NCBI GenBank assembly: GCA_031520405.1
Contig: GCA_031520405.1_4842.1
DNA: 64,000 nucleotides
Source: a phage
Strand: one strand, 5' to 3'
Part shown: piece after piece, positions 17,573 to 26,265 of the stretch
Layout: each line of letters opens with the position of its first letter
How positions within the stretch are numbered: the stretch's first letter is position 1
Program-made: the position numbers and the translations under genes
Notes under the pieces: generated by a model
Database searches by the model: none
What the model saw: only the letters and a program-made list of their open reading frames with translations
What the model was told of the DNA's origin: nothing

Positions 17573-18997
17573 ATGTTACTCGAATCTGTCGTGCTTTCCC
17601 AATTAATCTATAACGAAGAATATCAAAGAAAGATCCAGCCGTATTTGAAAGCCGATTATTTCGATAACGAAGGCGAGAAAATTATATTCGGTCTCATTGA
17701 CCATTACACTTGCGAATATAATGCTCGTCCTTCGGTTGAAGCGTTGTCTATTATGCTGGAAAAGACTTCGCTCAACGAACACGTATTTGAACAAGCTATT
17801 TCTGCTCTTGAGAATATCAATGACAACACATTCCATCAGGAATGGCTTGTAAAAGAAACAGAAAGTTGGGCGCGGCAGAAAGCTGTTCATAATGCGATCA
17901 AACACGCCGTCAACATCTATGGTGATGAGAAACGTAAAGATGAGATGAACACGATTCCAACTCTCCTACAAGAGGCGTTGGCGATAAGTTTTGATTCTTA
18001 TCTTGGCCATATCTATTGGGAAATGGCTGAACAACAATACGACCACATGAACTCTAATGAAGCGAAGATTCCTTTCGCTGTAGAGATATTCAACAAAGCG
18101 ACTCGTGGTGGTGTTGGTAAGAAAACGCTGAACATCGTGACGGGTGCAATTAATGCGGGTAAGACAACAACTCTGATTGATTTGGCTGCTGGTTACTCCG
18201 AGCAAGGGTTGAACGTATTCGTATTCACCCTAGAAGTGGCTGAGAACGTCTGGCGTCACCGCCTTGATGCCCGTATGATGCGCAGGGACTTCGAGTCCTT
18301 AGAGAAGCTCTCACGACATGAATATGTCGCCACGATACAAAAGTTGCGAACTCGTCAAGACGGTTCCATGAAGGGTGATATTGTTATCAAGGAATATCCT
18401 TCGGGCGCGGGGCATACAGGTTTGTATCGTCGTGATATTCTTGATTATGCGACTGCAACAGGAATTACACCCGATGTCATCATTATTGACTACTTGGGGG
18501 AATCTGCATCTTCTCGCCTTCCCGCTCACTTGATGCAAAACACCAACGTGTATTATACATCCGTGGCGCGAGAATTCCGTGCGCTTGGATTTGAATTTGA
18601 TTGCCCTGTATGGACAGGTATGCAATTTAACCGTGAAAAACAATCGGCGACTGATGGTGATATTAGCGACCTGGCAGATGCTATCGGTATTCCGAAGGTT
18701 GCAGACTTCATCATGGCGTTCTATGCCCCTGATGAACTGGCGGCTGTTAAGAAAGCCCGAGCGTCTATCTTGAAAAACCGTTATGCCAATAAACAGAAAC
18801 TCAAATCGTTCTTGTTCGGTATGGATCAAGATAAACAGATATTGTTTGACTTGGATTGGAATGAAGTCAAGCGAGACCTGACAGAAGAGGAAGCCCGTTA
18901 TGTTGAGAATGTTCATATCAAACATGACTTAAACAAAACAGGCGACGTAAATGATGTCAAGAAAGCCGAGACCGTGAATAATTGGAATTTCGGTTAA
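17573..18997 (+). CDS. 41: replicative DNA helicase gp41 (DnaB family)
   Basis: Walker A GAINAGKTT, DnaB-like C-terminal motifs, 475 aa; start taken at the ATG 6 nt downstream of the track TTG. Confidence 0.85.
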   Translation: MLLESVVLSQLIYNEEYQRKIQPYLKADYFDNEGEKIIFGLIDHYTCEYNARPSVEALSIMLEKTSLNEHVFEQAISALENINDNTFHQEWLVKETESWARQKAVHNAIKHAVNIYGDEKRKDEMNTIPTLLQEALAISFDSYLGHIYWEMAEQQYDHMNSNEAKIPFAVEIFNKATRGGVGKKTLNIVTGAINAGKTTTLIDLAAGYSEQGLNVFVFTLEVAENVWRHRLDARMMRRDFESLEKLSRHEYVATIQKLRTRQDGSMKGDIVIKEYPSGAGHTGLYRRDILDYATATGITPDVIIIDYLGESASSRLPAHLMQNTNVYYTSVAREFRALGFEFDCPVWTGMQFNREKQSATDGDISDLADAIGIPKVADFIMAFYAPDELAAVKKARASILKNRYANKQKLKSFLFGMDQDKQILFDLDWNEVKRDLTEEEARYVENVHIKHDLNKTGDVNDVKKAETVNNWNFG

Positions 18998-19060
18998 CTT
19001 CAATAATGGTGATCATAGGGTATAATCTCTATGATCTGAATATTAACCCAGGAGCACATC

Positions 19061-19393
19061 ATGTCGGATGTTGCATTTATAGCTGACCTGATTCGGGCGG
19101 CACAACAGGTGTGCCAGTCTGGAGAAACCAGTCTCAAACTCACTACAGAGCAGACTCTAGAATTTTATAAGAATCGTCGGCATTGGGGTAAGAATGTCAA
19201 GATACATTGCGAACCAGGTGAATTGGTTCAGCTTGATCTTCCGTCTTTTCCATTGCCAGTACAGACCAACACTCAGGAATATTACAATGTTGAAGGCGTT
19301 GATATTATTCCTAAGTTTGGTTTTCACAGTATCGTTTATTTCTTCCTGCGCCGTTTGGGAACCAGTATCGGTCCACTCGGTTCTCGTCATTAA
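19061..19393 (+). CDS. hypothetical protein (110 aa)
   Basis: ORF preceded by TATAAT at about 19032 and a GGAG RBS. Confidence 0.45.
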   Translation: MSDVAFIADLIRAAQQVCQSGETSLKLTTEQTLEFYKNRRHWGKNVKIHCEPGELVQLDLPSFPLPVQTNTQEYYNVEGVDIIPKFGFHSIVYFFLRRLGTSIGPLGSRH

Positions 19394-19405
19394 TGAGGAT
19401 ATATT

Positions 19406-19708
19406 ATGTCAGTTGAACAAATTGGTTTTTATCAACTCCCTTCTGATCCAAAACTGCATCAAAAGATGATGCAGACTTTAGAAAATTGTCGTGCCGCCCA
19501 GATCCGTATCAAGTCTGAACAGACCTTTGTTACCGAAGCCCTGGCCGAATTGGCAAAAGAAACAGGCATCAAAACCGTTGATCTGCGCAAAGTCGTTACT
19601 GACCGCGCTGGCGGAACATACACCAAGACCATCGAGACCAGCGCCAAATACCAAGATCTCTATGAGTCTCTTTATCCTAATGCAGCGCCTGATCGCACTG
19701 CTGAATAA
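19406..19708 (+). CDS. hypothetical protein (100 aa)
   Basis: ORF with GAGGA RBS; terminator downstream. Confidence 0.5.
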   Translation: MSVEQIGFYQLPSDPKLHQKMMQTLENCRAAQIRIKSEQTFVTEALAELAKETGIKTVDLRKVVTDRAGGTYTKTIETSAKYQDLYESLYPNAAPDRTAE

Positions 19709-19716
19709 TATCGGTA

Positions 19717-19743
19717 AAAGCCCAACATTTGTTGGGCTTTAAT
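19717..19743 (+). terminator. intrinsic terminator
   Basis: aaagcccaac attt gttgggcttt hairpin directly after the stop of ORF 19406..19708. Confidence 0.6.
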
Positions 19744-19769
19744 TCAATAAAACTTTACTTCAATAAAAC
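19743..19769 (+). repeat. tandem direct repeat of ttcaataaaac (16-nt period, 2 copies)
   Basis: ttcaataaaactttac ttcaataaaacttgcg read directly; it contains the recurrent TTCAATAAA motif. Confidence 0.6.
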
Positions 19770-19782
19770 TTGCGGCTATCAT
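19754..19782 (+). promoter_or_regulatory. candidate early promoter (TTTACT-N17-TATCAT)
   Basis: T4-early-like -35 (TTTAC) and a -10-like hexamer with 17-nt spacing, about 45 nt upstream of the ATG at 19826 (GAGAGG RBS). Confidence 0.4.
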
Positions 19783-19825
19783 TTAACCTACATTGAAAAG
19801 TTTCACTACATCATGAGAGGCAAAA

Positions 19826-21019
19826 ATGAAAGCCAAGACCTTCAGCATCCCAATTGATAACATTGGTCGTGTCAAGGAACGTCTGGCCAAACTTGAAAGA
19901 ACGGCAAACCGCCTGAAACTCGAGTTCCCTCTTGTTGAGTTCAGTGAACCATACAAAACACAACATCGCGATTCTATCACTGGCGAAAAATTTTATCGTT
20001 GGTGGCAAGATTGTACTCTAACTGGTGAAGGCATCGACCGCCCCGTTTCTTATGGTGGGTGGAGTATCATTGGACAATTCAACCACCAGTATCCAAAAGT
20101 CATTCTGAATAAACTGTCAGATGACATCCACCCAAATTTCGTTCAAAGATTCGAAGCTGAAAACGTATCTTGGTGCGAGCATTGCAACAAATCTGTGCGT
20201 CGTCATAACACATATGTCGTTCGTAACGAACAATCTGGTGCACAGATGCTCGTGGGTAGCAGCTGTATGCATCATTATGTCCCGCATCAGAAATCCCTTG
20301 ATGCAGTTATGTCTTATTACATGTCTATTCACGAAATGTTTACTCCCGATGAAGATGACCCAGAAGGGATTTATCGGGTTAATGAACCAGATTATGTTGA
20401 CACAGAAGGATATTTGCGTAAATGCTTTCAGGTTTTGCTGTCCGGCCTGAGCATTAAAAGTGATGATTTTGGTCGGGTTCTTGGTCATATCTCTAGCGGC
20501 ACTCGTCCGGAGAAAGGTTCCGACGTAGAAATGTTTTACAATAAGGCTATCAAAGCTCGCGAAGATGCCCAATCAGAGATGTATCATATGATGCTTTTCA
20601 TCGCCGCGTTGTCTGAGAACAATGATTTCAACGTTCGTCTGAAACGTATGTGTGAACCTGGATATCACCTCGTTAAGGACTCAACAACAGTTCGTTGGGG
20701 AGCAGCAAAGTATTATGATTATATTCACACCCCGCGCCAAACGCGCACTGTATCAAATTGGGTTGGTGAAGTTGGTGAAATGTTAGAAGTACAGGTCAAA
20801 TTTGAAGTAAGGATTTTTCTGTATTCGTCTGATTATGGTGACACGTATCTGTATACTTTCAAAACCAAGGAAGGCAATACCATTACATGGAAGACTTCCT
20901 ATATGGAAACCGAGTTTTTAGAAGGCGATATGATCATTCGAGGTCGTGTCAAAGAATTGACCGAATTCAAAGGTATTAAACAAACTCAGATCACAAGGGC
21001 AAAACTGAGGAAATTATGA
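19826..21019 (+). CDS. hypothetical protein (397 aa) with Cys/His cluster
   Basis: Long ORF with WCEHC...SSCMHH metal-binding-like cluster and a beta-rich C-terminal region; function unknown. Confidence 0.6.
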   Translation: MKAKTFSIPIDNIGRVKERLAKLERTANRLKLEFPLVEFSEPYKTQHRDSITGEKFYRWWQDCTLTGEGIDRPVSYGGWSIIGQFNHQYPKVILNKLSDDIHPNFVQRFEAENVSWCEHCNKSVRRHNTYVVRNEQSGAQMLVGSSCMHHYVPHQKSLDAVMSYYMSIHEMFTPDEDDPEGIYRVNEPDYVDTEGYLRKCFQVLLSGLSIKSDDFGRVLGHISSGTRPEKGSDVEMFYNKAIKAREDAQSEMYHMMLFIAALSENNDFNVRLKRMCEPGYHLVKDSTTVRWGAAKYYDYIHTPRQTRTVSNWVGEVGEMLEVQVKFEVRIFLYSSDYGDTYLYTFKTKEGNTITWKTSYMETEFLEGDMIIRGRVKELTEFKGIKQTQITRAKLRKL

Positions 21020-21131
21020 TTATTTTTCAATTTGTGTTAAAAGCGTTTGCATTCGGTCTGATAGCATGCGGGGTGATCACGGCTATGCTGATAATCATAG
21101 CCCTGGTCATCCCATTTAAGAGGAAACGCTG

Positions 21132-21341
21132 ATGGAATGTTCATGCGGAGGGCAAGGCACAAGTGCATACTTGCCATTTAACACCGTGAAGGAAGCCGAA
21201 GAAGCCGGATATGCCGTGGATAAGGCTCCCTGTGTAATCGCCACCAAGGATTGTCCGTGCTGTAAGAGGCACTCTCAGGACGTTTGGTATGCCCCAGAAG
21301 CAAAGGGCAAAATTAATTTATTGAATATGATGAGGAAGTAA
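21132..21341 (+). CDS. small Cys-rich protein (69 aa)
   Basis: CSCGG ... CPCCK cysteine pairs suggest a zinc ribbon. Confidence 0.45.
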   Translation: MECSCGGQGTSAYLPFNTVKEAEEAGYAVDKAPCVIATKDCPCCKRHSQDVWYAPEAKGKINLLNMMRK

Positions 21342-21342
21342 T

Positions 21343-21681
21343 ATGACCACACTTGTAGAAACATTATTCCCAGGATGCACCCTTGGGCGCGGTGGTAGCG
21401 AAGCCAACGGGCTGGCAATTGACGCCGAACCCCAGAACTGTGTTGTTATCGACAAATTCCATGACAACCACTACCCTTTGAGCCATCGCCGCGATCATTA
21501 TCTGGTTTCTGTTGGCGAAACATTGGTCTCTCTTCGTATTTGTGAAGCAATGCCTGGTTATGGTTACGATGCATTTGCATATATCCATAGCGTTTCCAAT
21601 GGGGAAATGGGGAAAGAATCCCTGACCGAACAATTTAAAGGATGGAAAGAATCTTTCACTTCTGTCAAGGAAAGAAGTTAG
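21343..21681 (+). CDS. hypothetical protein (112 aa)
   Basis: ORF immediately following the previous gene. Confidence 0.45.
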   Translation: MTTLVETLFPGCTLGRGGSEANGLAIDAEPQNCVVIDKFHDNHYPLSHRRDHYLVSVGETLVSLRICEAMPGYGYDAFAYIHSVSNGEMGKESLTEQFKGWKESFTSVKERS

Positions 21682-21739
21682 AATAATTCTATTGAAGTCT
21701 CTGGGGTTATAATAACAAGACGAATAACCCTGGAGACAC

Positions 21740-23167
21740 ATGATGCTTCCTCTTTTAGAAATAATTCAAAATCTTCGCGATACTAAAGGCACCAACGCCA
21801 AGAAAGCTGTGCTGACCGAGGCGTTCAGAAACAACCCAGAATTGGTTGATTTCCTTCAATACGTCTACGACCCGATGCGTTCTTATTACCGCACTCAATT
21901 CAATCTAAACGCATTCCCTCGCATGCTCTCGCGCGGCGTTGTTGGTAGCTGGGATCAGGTTTATGACGTTCTCGATATGATGGCCGAACGCAAGATCGGT
22001 GGGATGAAGGCAGATCAAGAACTTGCGAAGGCCGCGACCAACATTCATCCGGATTACCATACCCTGATACAAATTATACTCGACAGAGACATCAAAGCGG
22101 GAATTGCCGAGAAAGGTATAAACGCAGCATTCAACGCAGCAGGTGGTACAGGGCGTCTGATTAATATCCTTCCATATCACCGTTATGATAACATGACGAT
22201 TGACTTGCTGAAGAAGATGGACTTCAAGCGCGGCGTCTTCAGCCAGCTGAAGTCAGATGGCATGTTTGCCAACATCATCTGTCGTTATGGAAGAGACCCA
22301 GAGATTCGTTCTCGTTCCGGTTCTCTTATTGCGGGTGGTTCCGTTGATAACCTGTCATTGGTTTTCAAAGACCTGATCTACGATGCGGGGATTGGTGAAA
22401 GCGTCTTCCATGGTGAACTGCTCGTCATTGATCTGAAAACGAATACAGTGTTGCCTCGGGCTATCGGCAATGGTAAGCTCAACAGTGTTATCCAAACGGG
22501 TGAACCCCTGGAAGATCGTTACAAGGTGATCTATCGGGTATGGGACGTTGTGCCGTATGATAATTGGTTCAATGCTCAGCGTGTGGATACCCCATATGAG
22601 CGCCGTTTTGATATCATACAACAGTTGTTCGAAGGGGATGACGGACTGGTTCAGGTTCAAGAAACCCGTGTTGTTCATTCATTTGAAGAAGCTGTCGAAC
22701 ACTTCAAAGACGCTTTGGCTCGTCGGGAAGAAGGCACGATTTGTAAGGCCGCAGATATGCCTTGGGAAGATGGAACATCATCTGAAGGGTTAAAGCTAAA
22801 AATGGAAGTAGAATGTGACCTTGAAATCGTTGGCTTCAACGAGGCCGATAAGAAAGGGAAGCACGCCAAGACATTTGGATCTCTCCTCTGCAAGACCTCT
22901 GATAGCCTCTTAGTTGTTGGCGTATCGGGTATCTCAGATGAGTTGAGACTACGAATGTGGGAAAACCAAGAGGACTTCATTGGTAAGATTGCCGCCGTGC
23001 TCTCTAATGGTGTACAGGATAAAACCGATGACGCCATGAAGTCTCTATTCCTTCCACGTCTCGTTGAAGTACGCACAGACAAGAAAGTCGCTAATACACT
23101 GGCTGAAGTCTATGCTATCCAGAAAGCATATATCGAAAATATTTTGGTGTTGTTGGAAGCGGCATGA
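21740..23167 (+). CDS. 30: ATP-dependent DNA ligase (gp30-like)
   Basis: Adenylation motif I KSDG (QLKSDGMF), motif EGTICK and C-terminal LPRLVEVRTDK characteristic of ATP-dependent ligases; 475 aa. Confidence 0.85.
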   Translation: MMLPLLEIIQNLRDTKGTNAKKAVLTEAFRNNPELVDFLQYVYDPMRSYYRTQFNLNAFPRMLSRGVVGSWDQVYDVLDMMAERKIGGMKADQELAKAATNIHPDYHTLIQIILDRDIKAGIAEKGINAAFNAAGGTGRLINILPYHRYDNMTIDLLKKMDFKRGVFSQLKSDGMFANIICRYGRDPEIRSRSGSLIAGGSVDNLSLVFKDLIYDAGIGESVFHGELLVIDLKTNTVLPRAIGNGKLNSVIQTGEPLEDRYKVIYRVWDVVPYDNWFNAQRVDTPYERRFDIIQQLFEGDDGLVQVQETRVVHSFEEAVEHFKDALARREEGTICKAADMPWEDGTSSEGLKLKMEVECDLEIVGFNEADKKGKHAKTFGSLLCKTSDSLLVVGVSGISDELRLRMWENQEDFIGKIAAVLSNGVQDKTDDAMKSLFLPRLVEVRTDKKVANTLAEVYAIQKAYIENILVLLEAA

Positions 23168-23172
23168 AAATT

Positions 23173-23190
23173 GGGGTTCTTCGGAACCCC
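23173..23190 (+). terminator. GC hairpin (terminator-like, weak U-tract)
   Basis: ggggttc ttcg gaacccc right after the ligase stop, followed by TTCAATAAA and a TATAAT hexamer. Confidence 0.4.
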
Positions 23191-23244
23191 ATTCAATAAA
23201 GACAGTAGCAGTATAATTCCAAGAAATCATTACCAGGTGTTATT

Positions 23245-23508
23245 ATGAAACTTATTGATAAGAAACCAAGGAAAGACAATGATTCTCTTAATCTCATAAA
23301 CATTATGAGGGAATTGGGAGTTTCTGAATTACAGATGATGAAGATGATGAATTGTTCTGATGTCGTTTATAATTGGACCAACGGCTATCGTCTCATACCA
23401 AAATCTTTTCGGCGTTTTATTCTGGCGTTGGTTTTTATTCACCGACAAGGGAAGACAGAAGAGTTTCAACGTTTCGTTCGCACAGAGGAGAGATCACGTG
23501 GTTGGTAA
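23245..23508 (+). CDS. small protein with helix-turn-helix-like segment
   Basis: LINIMRELGVSELQMMKMM resembles an HTH motif; 87 aa; an alternative overlapping ORF exists in another frame. Confidence 0.4.
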   Translation: MKLIDKKPRKDNDSLNLINIMRELGVSELQMMKMMNCSDVVYNWTNGYRLIPKSFRRFILALVFIHRQGKTEEFQRFVRTEERSRGW

Positions 23509-23651
23509 AAATCCGCCGTCATATGCCAAGATTGGAATTGCTTTTCGAAACGCCATTCTCTTTATAAAGGAGAAAGGATTGCTGTCTGAGTACTACCAGT
23601 TTTGCCCAGAACGTCGCCGACTTCAAAGACAGAAACACAAGGAGAAACTCC

Positions 23652-24314
23652 ATGATAACTGAGTGGGAGAAAATGCAATATGAAAGGGCATTCAACGTTT
23701 ATTGCATCTATATGGCGATCAAATTGCATTTCACCACAAAAGACTTTGATTATGGCCTGTATGGACCGATGAACAATTACAAGTTTGAAACGTTCTATTC
23801 TAAACAGGGCGTGGCCAAACAATTTGCTAAACTTGCTCGTCGGTTCGAATCGTCCCAAGGTGAAGTGGTGGAAAATTATATTATTGCCAACTTTGTTAAA
23901 TCACCAAAGACGTGGGTGACAACATTACTTACAAGACAGGCCCAAGAAAATTATAATGAATATCGCCGCCTGTATGACAACTTCTCATATAATTTTCTTG
24001 AACATTTTGAGAGATATATGATCCCTGAGATAAAAGAAAGAGGCGTGAATTTTATCCAATATATCAAAGGAAATGGTAATGGGCATCCATCTTTACTGAC
24101 AGATATTATTGTTAAACGCTATCCAATTTGGTTTCTCGTTGGATTGAATAAAGTAGTGGGTTTCATCCATTTATATGATACAATACTCAAGGATGACATC
24201 TATTGGAACTCTGAGTCTTTTTTATTAAAGAAAACCAATTCAGTTGTTCCTGATGAAAACACAGAATACACAAAAGGAAAACTCCGTGAGCTAATCCTTG
24301 CCCACGGAATTTAA
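23652..24314 (+). CDS. gp59-like helicase loader
   Basis: N-terminal YERAFNVYCIYMAIKLHF..DFDY and IIANFVKSPKTWV parallel the T4 gp59 N-domain (YKLYLMIKQHMNGKYDVIKY; ISNLVANQDAWI); AAGGAG RBS. Confidence 0.55.
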   Translation: MITEWEKMQYERAFNVYCIYMAIKLHFTTKDFDYGLYGPMNNYKFETFYSKQGVAKQFAKLARRFESSQGEVVENYIIANFVKSPKTWVTTLLTRQAQENYNEYRRLYDNFSYNFLEHFERYMIPEIKERGVNFIQYIKGNGNGHPSLLTDIIVKRYPIWFLVGLNKVVGFIHLYDTILKDDIYWNSESFLLKKTNSVVPDENTEYTKGKLRELILAHGI

Positions 24315-26255
24315 TTACCAATCCCAGAGAATGCGCCCTGTATCAGTACGGTTGGACGGCTCCAACTGTGAACTATTGAAGTTGTTCGTCGTACTGACTT
24401 TCTTCGAGTTGTCCACATTTTGTTGTACTGGAACCACAACACTGGCTGGCGGGTTAGCATAGGCGGATTTAACTTCTTCGATGTTATTGGCTGCTCTTCC
24501 TTGAACCGGATAAGCCCCGCCCAGAGTACCTCCCCCAATCCCTGCGTATGCGTCTTTCAATTGTGAAGTTCTATCCGTAACGTTGACAGCGTCTGAGGAC
24601 ACCCCAGAAGGCATCGGAGTTAACGTGCTGATATTGGCATTGGGTTGTGCTGGTGATTGGCTGCTTGGAGGCGTAGACGCATTCTCAGGAGCCTTATCGT
24701 CTTGGCTGATTAGCATAGACTGTCTTGCTTCCGCCATTTTGTTCCTGGCTGCTTCACCACCCAGAGCATCAGGTATGATACTCACGAATTTATCCACGAT
24801 ATCAAACATGGCATTGGTTATGGCATTCAACATATTAAAGAATGGTTTCTTCACGTTTTCCGCAAATCCTTTCTTCATATCTTCAACGACTTTATTTGCA
24901 GCCGCCATGCCATCATCAATCAATCCTGATATCCCGCCCGTTACCCAATCAACCAATTTTATCAATTGGCCTTGTAAGTTGTCTGCAAGTTTACCAGGGA
25001 TTTCGGTCAGTGCTGTCCCTTTACCGATCCCAGCAAACAGATCGTTGGATACCCAATCAACGATAGAATTGAGCCAGCGCACTGGTGCTTCGGTCATCTT
25101 CAATACTTGTTCACGGAACGCCTTTCCAAATCCTGCGTTATCCCAACCAAATATTTCAGCCACCCAATCAGCCAGATCTCCGAAACTGCCAACAAGTTCT
25201 GTTATACCCGCCTGAACCCTGTCTACTATTGAAACTTGGGCTTTGCCAAGGATTTCTTTAGCATTGAAGAAACCTTTACCGAATTCAAATACAGATGTTA
25301 TCAGAGCCAAAGGTCCGACTCGAAGCATCTTGGTCGCTGCTTTCAAAGGCTTCAATAGACCACCGATGCCCATCCCGAATCCCATGAATAATTTGATGAA
25401 TCCTCCAATAAGTTTTAGGGGAGACATCAGGAGTTTCAATGCTCCCAAGCCGAGGAGTGCACCCAGCGCCGCGCCCATACCGGAAGATTGCCCGTCCTGT
25501 TTTGGTTCAGAAGGTGGAATAGAACCTGCTTCGGGATTGTTCTTGTTCTCTTTACCTTCTTCGCCGCGCCGGAATTTCTCTTCTTCTCGATATTTTTGAT
25601 CACTCTCATAGATACGCGTTAATGTGTCATTGAGGTCTTCATTCATGTACCCCAATTTATCATCAATGCTGTCAAGACGAGTAACGGTTTCGTTGTTGGC
25701 ATCTTTATTGAAGTCTAGCGTGTCCTTATGAGTCTGGAGCATTATGTCGGTCAGGTTTACAATCTTCCCTCCCACCAATGCCAGTTTGTCCTGTAATCCA
25801 TCAAGACGTTCTAGACTATCTTCATTCGCTGCTCCTAATTGATCCGATATCATGTCAAGATATTCAACAGACATATCATCAACAGGACCATTCGCCGCTT
25901 CGCCAAATTTTTCTATTTTGGTTGCGATTCGCATCAGTTCTTCATTTCCGTCCTTGGAAAGGCTGACAGTGTCTTTCATCCACGTGCTATAGTCCCTTGT
26001 GAAAATAGGACTAACGCGAACGAACCCACCAACGATGTCATTCACCGATGGGAATTTGATTGGAGGGACTTTCTGCTCCTGATTAGACGCCTGTCTTGTC
26101 TTCAGAGATTGCAGTTGTTTGTTGACATCAGCGAGCTGTTTATTCGTCTCGGATTGGGCGCGCAATTGCTTGCGCTCCATCATTTCCTTTTTGATTTTAT
26201 CCAAGACCTTGACGATGTCCTGCTGCCCTGGTGTCGGTTGATTGTTATCTGCCAT
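24315..26255 (-). CDS. tail tape-measure / baseplate hub protein (gp29-like)
   Basis: 646 aa with coiled-coil N-terminal region and a long Gly-rich hydrophobic core (GMGAALGALLGLGALKLL...GFGMGIGGLL) typical of tape-measure proteins. Confidence 0.6.
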   Translation of the reverse strand: MADNNQPTPGQQDIVKVLDKIKKEMMERKQLRAQSETNKQLADVNKQLQSLKTRQASNQEQKVPPIKFPSVNDIVGGFVRVSPIFTRDYSTWMKDTVSLSKDGNEELMRIATKIEKFGEAANGPVDDMSVEYLDMISDQLGAANEDSLERLDGLQDKLALVGGKIVNLTDIMLQTHKDTLDFNKDANNETVTRLDSIDDKLGYMNEDLNDTLTRIYESDQKYREEEKFRRGEEGKENKNNPEAGSIPPSEPKQDGQSSGMGAALGALLGLGALKLLMSPLKLIGGFIKLFMGFGMGIGGLLKPLKAATKMLRVGPLALITSVFEFGKGFFNAKEILGKAQVSIVDRVQAGITELVGSFGDLADWVAEIFGWDNAGFGKAFREQVLKMTEAPVRWLNSIVDWVSNDLFAGIGKGTALTEIPGKLADNLQGQLIKLVDWVTGGISGLIDDGMAAANKVVEDMKKGFAENVKKPFFNMLNAITNAMFDIVDKFVSIIPDALGGEAARNKMAEARQSMLISQDDKAPENASTPPSSQSPAQPNANISTLTPMPSGVSSDAVNVTDRTSQLKDAYAGIGGGTLGGAYPVQGRAANNIEEVKSAYANPPASVVVPVQQNVDNSKKVSTTNNFNSSQLEPSNRTDTGRILWDW

Positions 26256-26265
26256 TTGTCACCTC

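Noticed and set aside
24583-25599. Plus-strand ORFs (24583..25215, 24842..25066, 25243..25599) inside the tape-measure gene
   Set aside because: They lie antisense within a long well-supported gene and translate to Pro/Ser/Ala-rich low-complexity sequence, typical of antisense frames of Gly-rich genes.
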